Source of the DNA: Azolla caroliniana | Lineage: Eukaryota; Plantae; Polypodiophyta | Direction: 5' to 3' | Length of the DNA stretch: 64,000 nucleotides | Assembly: GCA_043228905.1 (NCBI GenBank) | Contig: JBHGNT010000001.1 | Coordinates: forward strand, 8,680,001 to 8,744,000 | Part shown: piece after piece, positions 49,582-61,210 of the stretch | Layout of the letters: each line of letters begins with the position of its first letter | Numbering within the stretch: position 1 is the stretch's first letter | Position numbers and translations under genes: made by a program | The notes under the pieces: model-generated | What the model was told of the DNA's origin: nothing | The model's input: the letters and a program-made list of their open reading frames with translations, nothing else | Database searches by the model: none

Positions 49582-52500
49582 AGACGGGCCGGTTTTCTCC
49601 GTCCCAACTCTCTTGGCGCATACCGGAGGATGCGCGGTTAGGTGGGGGCGGATGTCGTGAAGAAAACCGTCCATAGGCGGAATCGGCGCACCAAGGCGTG
49701 GGAACCGGTTCTTCACGCGCGCACGCTCTGAGTTGTACATAGAAACGAATTGAGAGGATAATCGGCAGGAACGGGCCCTAACTCAAGTGGAGACAAAGAC
49801 CGCGCGAACAGTCTTTTCGGTCGCGCGCGCGAACTGTACGAGTCGGCGGCGTAACTACGCGGATCTGTGAAAAACGGAGCGGATCCCTGTCCAAAAGGGA
49901 CAGGGAATAAAGCTGACACGACGGCCTGTTCGTCGGCCTATATAAGGAGCGGGAAAGAGCTGTTGCAGGGATCGGGCGCGGAGAGGACGAAGTGCTGTCG
50001 GACCGTTTCTGGACGCTTCGCTCTCTCCGTTTCCTTCCTTCTTGAGCTCCAAAGCTTTCTGTGCAGGGTTCCGGGGAGGCTCGCGCTGTTTCGAGGAACG
50101 CCCGAGTGCTTCCGGCAGCACCTCCGACCTGCTACCCCCCCCATTTCCCCGTTTGTGCGTCAAAGCGAACAGGCATCGGCATCTGTTCGCCGGCCTGTTC
50201 GATTGCAACCAACCTGTGCCCCATCGGGGGTTGTAGTCGTGTTAGCCATTTTGTTAATACACATATTTAGTCATTCGCATCCGTCTGTGTCGGTGTCTGT
50301 TCGCGTTCTCCGTGCTGAAGGGCCGTGTCCCTGTGTATCCCCGGTCCTGCGTAGCCGGTTCTCTCTCTTTCTCCTCCCTCGCTTGCTCTTTGGTTCGAGA
50401 CCCCCGCGGTCCCGCCTCTATTCCGCACGCACTTGCGTAATATCTCGACAGCGCGTCGCCGCCCGTATCTTCCACCCGTGCTTGGTGTTGATCGGCCATT
50501 TCCCCTTCTTGTAGAAGTCCATGGACATCAGGTTTATTTCCGAACCGTGGTCCACCAGCGCTACCACCGGTTCCTGAACATCTCCGATCTTCACCGGGGT
50601 TTCCGTGGTCGCTCGGGCCCAGTGTGGCCTCGAGTAGTGGCTCTCCGCCCACTCGTCTTCCAGCGCCATGTCCTCCATGTTCGTCGTCCGCACCTCCACC
50701 GGCCTTTCCGGTTCTGTCTCCGTCGACAGCCTCTTCCTCTTCACCAAGTCTACGATGGAGTCGTGGAACTCCTTCTTGGCGATTCCGAGCACCTCCCGCA
50801 ACGACAATTCCACCTTGCTGTCGAGGATTCGTTCTTCCAGGACCTTTTGTAGGTCCGTGGTCCTTTTGATCTCCGTGCCCAACTGGTATCCGCCCTTCTT
50901 GTGGTTATCCCGGGCACTGGTCTCACCGACCTCATTCTGTTTTGGCCTGAATCGGGTTTCGTATCTCTATGAGGGTCCGGCCCCTCTGGTTTTACCTACC
51001 CGTTTGTCTTCAACCGGAGCCTCGTAGTTCTGGCAAGTTGCTTCGACGAAACCCGTCTTTTCTTCGACCAGGTCACTCCACCCGGTTACCTCCTGGACCC
51101 GCTTCTCCGCGCGGTCCGCCTCGTCTTTCTTTAGTCGGGCACCGGCGAGGCCTTCCAGCACCGTCGGCTAGAACCCAACTTTGCTCTCCTTCCGGGCCTC
51201 GCTGCCACTGACCCGAATACCGGCCGACGCCGAGTAGTGGACGGTCTCCGCGTGCCGGGCCGCTGCCTCTTCCATCAGCCTTTTCATTCCTCCTCGCCCG
51301 TCGTTTCGGTTCAGGGCCCTCCGGGTATCGCTGGCGTGCACCTGACCTTCCCACAGGTACACTACCCGGCTTCTCAAAGCCTCTGCAAAGTCCACGCAGT
51401 CTTTCCGGATGTGGCCGACCTCGTCGCACCACATGCACCTATTTCCTGCCGGAGGCCGTCGGTCACGAGCCTGTTCGCCACCTTCCCTCCGAGCCTGGGC
51501 GATCTGGAGATCCTTTACCGCCCGTGTCAACTCCTCCAAAGCTGTCCCCCCGGACGAGCCTCTGACCACACCGGTCGAAGCCGAACCAGTTTCGAGCCAC
51601 TCCCGGGTCTCTTCTCGTCGCACCTGCGGTATCGGTTCGAGCTTCCTTGCTGCGACAGGACCCGCCCCGGTATCAGCCCACTCCCACCGTTTGTCAAAAC
51701 GGCCGCAGACTCTTTTTACCGCAGCCCAGTCAGCCTTCAGCCTGTCTTCGGTTTCCAGTAAGGAGCCCACTTGCCCCCGATCCCGTGCGTCAACCGATTT
51801 GACAAACAGTACGACACGACTTGTGTCCAGAACGGTCCGATCGAGCGCCGAAAGGCGCGCAAAGCGATCCTCAAACTCCCGGAGGAGTGCCGACACATTT
51901 CTTCCTTTGTCGGGGGACTCCACCCACTCCATGAAGCCCCGCTGCGAAAGTTGAAGCGCGTCATCCAGCCCGTATTTCTCCAGGATCCGTCCTTCGAACT
52001 CCTCCTAGGTCTGGATCTCCGCCCGAACCTCGAGCACCTCCGCATCGATGCCCGACATCACCACTCGAGGGAATCCGGCAAGACTCCTCTCTTCCGGAAT
52101 ATCCCTCATCAACATCTCCGCCCGGTAGGACGCGAAATAACTCGTGGCATCCTTTCCACTGAACCGGCCGATCATATCGACGATCGCCTCAATAGCCCCT
52201 GTCAAGGGCGCCGGTGCCCTCACGCGCGCTCACTATCCGGTCCACGGCCGAAGCCATGGCCTCTGCAAGATCCGACCCCCTCATCTTCTGCTCCTCTGCT
52301 GCCTTGTTCACGTCGGGTTCACCAAATATGTCGCATTAGTACGCGCGTGCGTGGAGAAACGAGGCGGGACCACCGGGGTCTTGAACCGAAGAGCAGGTGA
52401 TAGGAGGGGAAAGAGAGAGAGAGAGACGACCGGTTACGTATGAGCAAAGAAACACAGGGACACGGCCCGTCAACGCAGAAAACGCGAATGGACACAGAGA

Positions 52501-53794
52501 CAGAGAGACACGAATGTTTGTATATTAACAAATGACACAAAACAACAGAGCACGTGAGCGGTTACAACCGAACAGGCCGGCGAACAGATGCCGATGCCTG
52601 TTCGTCTATGCACGAAAGGGGATAGGATGGAGGTGTTGTCGGAAGCACACAGGCGTTCCTCGAAGCAGCGCGAGCCTCCCGAAATCCTGTAGAGAAGAGC
52701 GATGGAGAATGAACAGAGGAGAAGCATTCGGTTACGGTCCGACAACACTTCGTCCTCCTCAATGCATGATCCCTTCTCTCCGCGTCTCCCTCTCCTTTAT
52801 AGCTGCAAGAAGGGAGCCGTTTCCCTCATTAACTTTCTACCTACCGAATCTAACTACCTAGGATATACCTTTGTACCTAATCCTTTATTATATACATTAG
52901 AGGGCGCGCACGCGTGAAGAGCCGGTTCGCGCGCGCTATACACCGATTGCGCTAAGGGACGGTTTTCTTCACGACAACGCGCAGAAGCATGATGTAGATT
53001 ACGACGAGACCTTTGCACCAGTTGCGAAGATGACTACCGTGTGAGTTCTGCTAGCTGTAGCTGCGGTGAATGGGTGGCATCTACATTAGATGGATGTAAA
53101 GAATGTGTTCCTGCAAGGTGATCTTGAGGAACAAGTGTACATGGTACAACCCCTCGGATTTCTATCTGAATAGAACACTTCAGCAGTTTGCCAATTGAAG
53201 AAGGCATTATACGGCCTTAAGCAAGCCCCGCGAAGATTACACAACGGTTGCGTAGAATGGGGTTTACGACGGCCAAATCGAACTCTTCGTTATTCGTTCG
53301 GCAAGGTCGACATGGACCGGTTTGTCTTTTACTTTATGTTAATGATTTAGTCATCTCCAATGCCAACCTGGAAGAAATCGGTTGCATAAAGTCTCAGCTT
53401 GCAACATCATTCGAAATGAAGGATCTTGGCGACCTTCATTACTTCCTCGGGATCCAAGTAATCCATTCCCCCGAAGGCATATTGATCAGTTAGCGTTATT
53501 AAGTTGTCGAGGAAATCCTCGCGTGTTCGTGAAATGAAGTGGGACCACCGGGGTCCTGGACCGGAAGGATTTGAAGTTTTTAGCAGTGTAAGCGAGAAAG
53601 TATTGAAGATAGATAGATGGATGAAGAGAGAGAGAGAGATTGAGATAGAGATTGAACCCTTGACTTTAGTTTTACAAAACAAGATACATCACCATTAGGA
53701 TAACTCAGATCTTTGGTTAAAAGTTTCTTTTTACTTACATCACTTGCCCCCTTACACAAGCCCAACTATAGGCTTTTATAGGTCTCTCCATGCG

Positions 53795-53911
53795 AAAACC
53801 ATGGGCTAAACCCATAGGCTAAATCCATGGGCTAAACCCACGGGCTAAAACCATGGGCTAAAACCATGGGCTAAAACCATGAGCTCAAACCATGGGCTAA
53901 AACCATGGTTT
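53795..53911. repeat. 13-bp tandem repeat (AAAACCATGGGCT) x~9 in LTR X U3
   Basis: Direct reading of the units. Confidence 0.92.
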
Positions 53912-53985
53912 TGTACCCACGGTTTCTATATGTTTGCTTCCTACAAAATACTGAATATGAAAAGAAAATATACAAATTAAAGCAC

Positions 53986-54060
53986 TCAGTAGTGGCTTTA
54001 GTGGTAAGTTAATTTGTCTCCTATCTTGGAGGTGCAAGGTTCAAGCCTTGCTTCCACCCA
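53986..54060 (+). other. tRNA-derived Pol III A/B-box module inside LTR X
   Basis: A box TGGCTTTAGTGG (53993) and B box GGTTCAAGCC (54038), 45 nt apart. Hairpins GCAAGG/CCTTGC and CTCC/GGAG; no good acceptor stem. Confidence 0.55.
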
Positions 54061-55602
54061 TGTATGCACTTAAATGTTACCAGGGTTTAGTCTTATTTTT
54101 ATATTTACAATTGAGCGCACATCACATGTGCACATGCTTAACTTTACATCTAGCTTTTCTTTTACGATTCTCATTTCAGTCCTATTTACAACATGCTACC
54201 ATATGCGTGTGGCCTTCACCCCTTTCACATGTGCACATTGCACCTTCTCGATTTTGTTCGTTGCACACAATTTTCATACCGTTGCCGAAAATCTTCACGA
54301 CAACATGCTGAATATGCTCTTCAAGTTCGGGATGACAGATTGTAAGCCCATCTCGACCCCTCTGGATAGAAATGTAAAGCTTCGCCAAGATTTGGGAAAG
54401 GCATGCGACCCGACGTGGTTTCGACAGATTGTCGGAAGCCTCATCTACTTGACGATCACTCGGCCGAACCTCAACAATCTGGTCAGAATGATCAGTCAAT
54501 TTATGTCACAACCCACGACTGAACACCTTTAGTGCGCGCAAAGGATATTACGATATGTCCGTAGCACAAAAGACATGGCATTGCTGTATCATGCAGACGT
54601 AGCCGAGCAGCTAGTTGGCTACATGGATGCCGATTGGGCCGAAAACGCCCACGATCGTAGATCCATATTTGGATACACATTCTCATTGGGAAGTGCAGCG
54701 ATCGCGTGGAGCAGTAAGAAGCAGCCGACAGTAGCACTGTCGAGCACAGAGGCCGAATATCGAGGGGCAACTGTCGGTACGTGCGAAGTCATTTGGCTAA
54801 AACGGCTATTACGGGATCTACACATACAAGTGTCTGATCCGACGACGATCTATTGCGACAAACTCAGCAGCATCCACCTTGTGAAAAACCATGTATTCCA
54901 CATCGGACCAAGCACATTGAGGTGCATTACTACTTTGTCCGCGAGCATGTCCTTTTTGGTGAAGTCAAACTGGTATATGTTCTGACGGATCGACACATTG
55001 CCGACATCTTCACCAAGCCCCTTGGTCTCGACAAGTTATGAAATTTTTCGGGTGAGCTCGGTCTGTGCCACCTCGACACGCCGAACTTGAGGGGGAGACA
55101 GGAACAGGAGTGTGAAAGGAACGGTAGTGATCGCGATTCCGAATCGGATGAAGAATTCCAATTCGGGCCGGCTGAAGAAGCCGAAGAAGAAAACAAGGGC
55201 CGTAATCGAAAGGAAGAGCCGAAGACAGCTGAACAAAAGGGAAGTACAACCAAGAAGGGCGTAAAGGCCAAGACCAAGACGTGGTCTGACATTGTCAAGG
55301 GCCTGAAAATAGAAGACAAATTGGAGACAGCCAATTCGGGCGAAAGAGGAATTAAATTAGAAATGACCGATTTAATCGAAATGTTCGATTCAGACATTAC
55401 GAATCAACTGAGGGCCAAGTGGAGGAAAGGGCAGCGGAAGAGGCACCAACACCGCGATAGCAAGGGAGTTGAGGAGGGCCGCTTGAGCAGACAAACCGAT
55501 CGGAATGGTCGAAGCGTGCGGAATCAAACGGGTCGAGGAGCGTGAGCGAGGCGTGAAGCCAGGAGAGGCCGGAGCGAAGATCCGGAAAAGCAGATGGAAC
55601 CT

Positions 55603-56672
55603 TGTTGTCCGCCGGAATAGTAACCGACGGACAAGAGTGCAGGAAAACGGAATAGTATAATATTGTAACGCATGTAACGGTTCACACTAGAAGCGTGAAC
55701 GGCTAAAAGACCTTGTGTATATAAAGGGCAGAAAACCTCTGATAGAGGTAGCGTGTAATTTTGAATGTAAGAGGCGTATCGTAATAGAGTTCTATCTTCT
55801 CTGATATTTGTGTATAGCTATGGCTAATCTACTGTGTGTCTGTAACACTTGAGAGCGTGGGAGTAAGTAACGGTGTGTGCGCTAGCCCACTGTCAAAGGA
55901 GCTCGGTTGTAGCCGTGTCCCTTATACGTTGGTAGGGTACGGGGAATATCCCACTAAGTATTATGCACAGACGCTACCATTCGTTGTCACACAGCCACTT
56001 GGAGGTCTAGGTCGAAGGACTGACCGTAGACCGTGTTCCTAGTCGGTAACACTTTTGGCACGCTTGGTGATCTGTGTTTTCTCATAGACGAACAATGACG
56101 AATGAATGTTTAGCCGCAGACGCCCGAGAGAACCAACACGACCAGACTGGCCAATCACAAGGTCCATCACACGCCAGGCAGAGGAATGCGCACGGCAAAA
56201 GCCCCGCCTCAGCGACCTCAGCACTACCTGTCAGGACCACAAAGGTGATTTCCCGCTCTCCAAATACCTCGATGATACGCGGGAAGCACGCTCACCACAC
56301 TAGCACTGTGGTCTTTCCCTGCCCGCCATAGCCCCCAGCATGGCCTTTGCCTATCCCCGCTTTAACGACGAAACCGACGTCGCAACCCACATTCGCATGT
56401 TCCTCAATGTCTGGAATGCAAACCACATGGCGTAGAGCCTTTTTGAGGCAGTAACGCACCAGTCCAAAATGACGGAGTTCAGGTTAACATTGGATGGGCG
56501 AGCGGCGTTTTGGCATTCACAGATGGATCTGCCAGCAATCACGACATTCGACTAGCTGCAGTCCACCTTTTTGCGGTTCTTCCATCGGAGGGTTCCACAA
56601 CGCGAAATCCTCGGACCGTTCTACACAATTAAGCAGCTGCCGACCGAGATGATCGTGGATTTCAGCTTACGT
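55603..56672 (+). mobile_element. Ty3/Gypsy H (non-chromovirus, Tat/Athila-like): 5' LTR 55603-56051, PBS, decayed gag
   Basis: TGTTGTCCG...CGGTAACA. PBS TGGCACGCTTGGTG at 56056 (tRNA-Arg-like). Gag AYPRFNDETDVATHIRMF..LTLDGRAAFW..TIKQLPTE with stops; interrupted by G3. Confidence 0.72.
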
Positions 56673-57797
56673 TGTCGTGAAGAATTTCGGCTAGAGGCGA
56701 AAGCCGGGAAACATTGGCTACATCGGTGGGGTGCAGCGTGTGTACGCACCCATGTACATTTAGTGTGAATATCGAGGGCGCCTTTATGGCGCTGAAGAGT
56801 AGTCAAGTCGGGTCAAACGATCCCATGAAAGTCGGGATTTGTCCCACATTGTAACGCATCCCTCTCCTTGTTCTATAAAAGGAAGGGATCGCCCTTTGTG
56901 GAGGGGTTGCCCATTTTGCATTAGAGGGTATACCGTTAGGTTTAGAGTTAGGTTCTTCTTCTTCTCCTTCTGCGTGTTTGCTTAGGGTTTGCTTTGGTTC
57001 GGCCTCCTGTGCAAGACCCCGCTCGGCGCGACGAGCTGAGAGCTCCCCGACGGCGGCTTGACAGCAGACGACTACTGTAACCTACCTCAGTCCGGCTCGA
57101 AGCCGGGAATGTATTCTTCTTTATATATATACATACATATACGTTTGCGTCCGTCTGTGTGTATTCGCGTCTTCGTTGGTGTCGAGTGCTTCCCCTTTTT
57201 CCTGCGTTTTCTGTACATAAGGGCGTGAGTCGGGTCGGGCTGTGTGTGTGTGTGTGTGTGCGAGTCAGTGTTAATCTCTCTCTCTCTCTCTCTCCCTTCG
57301 GTTGCTTCCGGTGTGCTTCTGGGATGCCCCGGAGACGGCGAGGCACGACTTCCTACGCTCCATCTCTCCCTAGTCCAAGACCCCCGTGGTCCCGCCTTTC
57401 TCCACGCACACGCGTAACAACGCGACATATTTGGTGAACCTGACGTGAAAGGTGGCAAGGGAGGATGGAGTTGGAAGACTACGACCTTGCGGAGATGGTG
57501 GCCGAAGTGGTGTTGGAGTCGGCACGAGTGGTGATGAGGCGAGAAGCAGCGCAACAAGCGGTTGAGTGAGTGGTCGAAAGAGTCGGCCGTTTCAACGGGG
57601 ACAAAGTCCCACCTTACTTGGAAGCCTACAACGCGGAAATGGAGGAGCGTGGCGTAGACGAGGCGTTGAGGCTGGAGTTCTTCTGTCGGGTCGTGGCTGT
57701 CCGGATGCATGCGGAAATAAAGGAGCTTCGTGAGGCTCATAGTTTGTGGGAGGCCTTTGAAGAGGCGCTCCTGAAGGCATACGGAGGATGGCGGAAG
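56673..57797 (+). mobile_element. Ty3/Gypsy G3 (Trp clade): 5' LTR 56673-57427, PBS 57432-57448, gag start
   Basis: TGTCGTGAAG...CGCGACA; PBS TGGTGAACCTGACGTGA. Gag VGRFNGDKVPPYLEAYNAEM is homologous to G2 IGRFDGRDATKYLASYGAEM. Left flank ACGT. Confidence 0.9.
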
Positions 57798-60700
57798 TGT
57801 TGGAGACGAGGTCGTCTATGCGGAAGATCAAGAAGCATTCGATTGGTGTTTGAATACCTGCGTATGACAGTTTCTAGGTCGTTGCACAGAGAGAGAGAGA
57901 GAGAGAGAGAGAGGCACAAAAGACTTTCTATTCAATAGAAACAATAATACAACACCCAACCTTACAAGAAGGTTACAAGGTCACTATATATAGTGACCGA
58001 CTTAGGGCAACTACCATTTATGCTAATTACACAAATGGCCCGAAGGGATAGTGTGAGTACGTCCATTATACACTTGTATTCGACACTCCCCCGTAATGGG
58101 CGTATACATGGGTTATCTAAGATTACAGGTATAAACTTAGGTTCTCGGACATATCAGTTTTTGTTCGAGTCGGCAGGGTCCAAAGGCAGAAGACCGAACT
58201 GGTCGGGTCGGAAGAGTTGAAGCCGATCATTAAGGAACTGATGTCGGTTGTCGGAAACCATCCTGCGCTGTGTCCGGCTCTAACCGGACTGGTTTGTCGT
58301 TACGCCCATCTGATGCCGAAGAGACCGAAAGCGGTCTGCCGAAAGACACTTGGTCATTCCATCTGCGACATTGTCGGTTGTGGATATTTCTCTAGACCGA
58401 TTTTCCCTGAGATGACGCAGTCCCGAACGAAGTGATATCGAACGTCGATATGTTTGGAGGCGTTGTGGTGAACCGGATTTTTCGACAAGGCAACAACACC
58501 TTGACTGTCGCTATAGACAACTGGGGCCGAGTCATGATCGACTTGCCGAAACGTGTGCGCCAGCCGACCGAGCCATAAGGCTTCTTTTGCTGCGTCGGAC
58601 GCAGCTACATATTCTGCTTCGGTCGTTGAGGTCGCTGTGCACTCCTGAAGTTTCGACTTCCACGAAATTGCTCCATTGCCGAATTTGAAGCAGTATCCGG
58701 TTGTTGATTTCCGACTGTCTATACAGCCGGCGAAGTCCGAGTCGGTGTAACCGACTACGCCTGAGGTTCGGTTCGGACCGAAAAGAATGCCATGGTCTTT
58801 TGTGCCAGCCAGATATCTGAACACATGCTTGACTGCGTTCCAATGCGATCGGCCAGGATTGTGCATAAATCTGCTAACGACTCCTACGGCGTGAGAAATA
58901 TCAGGCCGTGTCGCGACCATCAGGTACATAAGGGAGCCGACTGCCGGTGCATACGGTACCGACTTCATATCTTCCCCCTCCGGGCCGGATGTCGGGCAGT
59001 CTCGCTGAGAGAGCCGAAGATTCATTGGGAGCGGGGTTGAAGCAGATTTGGCTGATTGCATGTTGAAGCGTTCCAAGACACGTCGGATATAGTCGGTCTG
59101 AGACAAAAAAAGATGTCGTTTATCGCGATGCCGACTAATCTTTATGCCGAGTATGTGTCGTGCCGGACCGAGGTCCTTCATGGCAAACTTCAACCGCAGT
59201 TGCCGAATGAGATCGGCAAGTTCGCCCGCGTGGCGTCCAGAGATTAGCATGTCGTCCACGTAAATGATGAGGAAGATGGGTGATCCATCTTGAGCTGTGT
59301 TGGTGAAGAGACAATGGTCCTCATCGCTTTTTGAGAAGCCGATCGATTGGATGAAGTCGTCGAACTTCTTGTACCATTGTCGTGGTGCCTGTTTGAGGCC
59401 GTATAGACTCTTCCTGAGTCGGCAGACTAGATGTTCTTGGCCAGTAGCAACGAAGCCTTTTGGCTGCTCCATATAAATTTCCTCTTCAAGATCACCATGG
59501 AGGAATGCTGTTTTGACATCTAGCTGAATCAGCTCCAGGTTGTCGGCTGCCACTACGCCGAGTAGAAAACGAAGGGTTGTCATTTTCACCACTGGTGAAA
59601 AAATCTCGTCGAAGTCGACGCCATATTCTTGTCGGAAGCCCTTCGCAACTAATCTGGCCTTGTACTTTGGGGTGGTCGAATCAGACGTCTCTTTTAGTCG
59701 ATAGACCCACTTGCAAGGAAGAGCACGTCGGTTCCTAGGTAATTCGACCAGATCCCAAGTCTTGTTTGCCCGAATGGAGTGCATTTCCGACTCCATCGCC
59801 AGATGCCAGGTGGCGGAATCGACAGATGTCGATGCTTCTTCGTAAGACGTCGGTTCGCCGGCGTCGGTGAAGAAAATTCCAGGAGAATACCTCTCCGGAG
59901 GTTGCGACAGTCTCTCGGATCGTCGAGGTATGATTGGACTGGTCGCATCGGGTATCGAGGTCGGATGGTCCGAAAGCGGATTGTTCTGCTGTGCCGAGTC
60001 GGAGTTGTCCGAGTCGGTAGTGTAAGGTTCAGCTACCCGTGAAGCTGACCGTGTGTTGAGAGCGGGGCCTTCTTGAAGGGTCGGCACATCGGAAAATGTT
60101 ACCCTTCGGACTTCGATCGGTTTTTCGACTGATGGATTCATAGCCGACTCGTTGAACACAACGTCCGAACTTCGGACGATTTGTCTGCGTTCGGGATCCC
60201 AGAGTCGGTATCCCATTTCGCCGTCGGATCCATATCCGAGGAAAATGCATTTCCTGGACCGAGGTGCAAGTTTTCGGCGATCATCTTTCGGAATAAGGGC
60301 GTACGCCTCGCATCCGAAGATCCTCAGCTTGTCGTAATTCGGCTTACTGCCGATCCATAGTTCCTGAGGAATTTGAAGTCCTAGAGGTCTACTTGGCGAC
60401 ATATTGATTATGTGTACTGCCGTGAGTAGAGCCTCTGCCCAGAAGCCATCCGACAGTCCGGAGTGTTGGAGCATGGAAACTATCCGTTCTTGGATTGTCC
60501 GATTCATTCGCTCTGCAATCCCGTTTTGCTCCGGACTGTGTGGTGCCGTAAACTCACGTCGGATGCCGCGTTGTCGGCAGAATTTGACGAATTCTTCGGA
60601 TTTGAACTCTCCCCCATTGTCGGTCCGAAAGCATTTCAGTTTTCGGTCGGTTTGATTTTCTACCATAGCGAGCCAATCTGAGAAGGTCGAGAAGACCCGA

Positions 60701-61210
60701 TCTTTGGTGCGAATCGGATAAGCCCACACCTTGCGAGTTGAATCGTCAATAAAAGTGACGAAGTAAGAGGCACCGCCTAGAGACTGATGCGGCATTGGGC
60801 CACAGACGTCCGAATGGACCAAATCGAGAGGTCTCGTTTCTCTTGGTGCTGATGTCGGGTGTGATGCGGCTGCTTGTTTGCCATACTGGCAATGCTCGCA
60901 GAATTGATGGTCGGAGAAGGATAGTTTAGGGATGTATCCGGCTCTAGATAGATGCGTAATGCCGGCCTTGCTGAGGTGTCCTAATCTTCTGTGCCATAGT
61001 GATGACACAGGAATATCCACCAAAAACAGGTTACCCTCTCTGAGCGTAACATGTAACGGATATAGTGAGTGTATCTTGGGTCCTCTAGCAAGCAGGAGGT
61101 TCCCCCTGTGGAGTGTCCACCCTCCCGAAGAAAAACCGGCACGAATGCCGTCTTCATCTAGTTGTCCGACTGAGATCAATGGCCTTGAGAGCTCGGGTAC
61201 ATGTCGGACA
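57798..61210 (-). mobile_element. Copia E (near-identical to D): 3' LTR 57798-58085 plus pol, interrupted by Copia F
   Basis: Matches 35109-38524 almost base for base. A 1-bp deletion near 58387 frameshifts the RNase H end. Confidence 0.95.

Larger units (their letters stand above)
43125..50450 (+). mobile_element. Ty3/Gypsy G2, intact, very recent, tRNA-Trp primed, no chromodomain
   Basis: 798-bp LTRs 43125-43922 and 49653-50450, with 2 differences seen. TSD GCGC both sides, PBS at 43927-43943, PPT AGGTGGGGGCGGA at 49640-49652. Confidence 0.97.
33155..52976 (-). mobile_element. Ty3/Gypsy G1 (tRNA-Trp primed), defective, hosting Copia D and Gypsy G2
   Basis: 648-bp LTRs at 52329-52976 (5') and 33155-33802 (3'), about 20 differences by eye. 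PBS at ~52308-52325 (-), PPT at 33803-33815. Gag/PR 50455-52290 and 42839-43124, RT-RH 40575-42850, INT 33880-35108, with stops. TSD ATGT/ACGC. Confidence 0.93.
53505..54302 (-). mobile_element. Solo LTR, Trp-Gypsy clade subfamily X, in Copia C RT
   Basis: Minus strand TGTCGTGAAGATTTTCGG...GGTGGTCCCAC...CTCGACA. Flanks AAGT/ACAT (reconstructed ACGT). TATA-like CCTATAAAAG at ~53773-53782 (-). Confidence 0.88.
29244..55602 (+). mobile_element. Copia C internal region, fragmented into 29244-31792, 32473-33154, 52977-53504 and 54303-55602; pseudogenised
   Basis: Gag MDRGMGS.., CWYCGKKGH, VDSGVSNHM and HSDVW. RT and RH continue collinearly across each insertion junction. The tail is interrupted by element H; the 3' LTR is not in the window. 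Confidence 0.88.

Noticed and set aside
53986-54060. A functional tRNA gene
   Set aside because: No proper acceptor stem or standard anticodon loop; kept only as a tRNA-derived module.
57798-61210. Copia E as an assembly duplicate of Copia D
   Set aside because: Different host and flank, private substitutions and indel, and a separate nested insertion.
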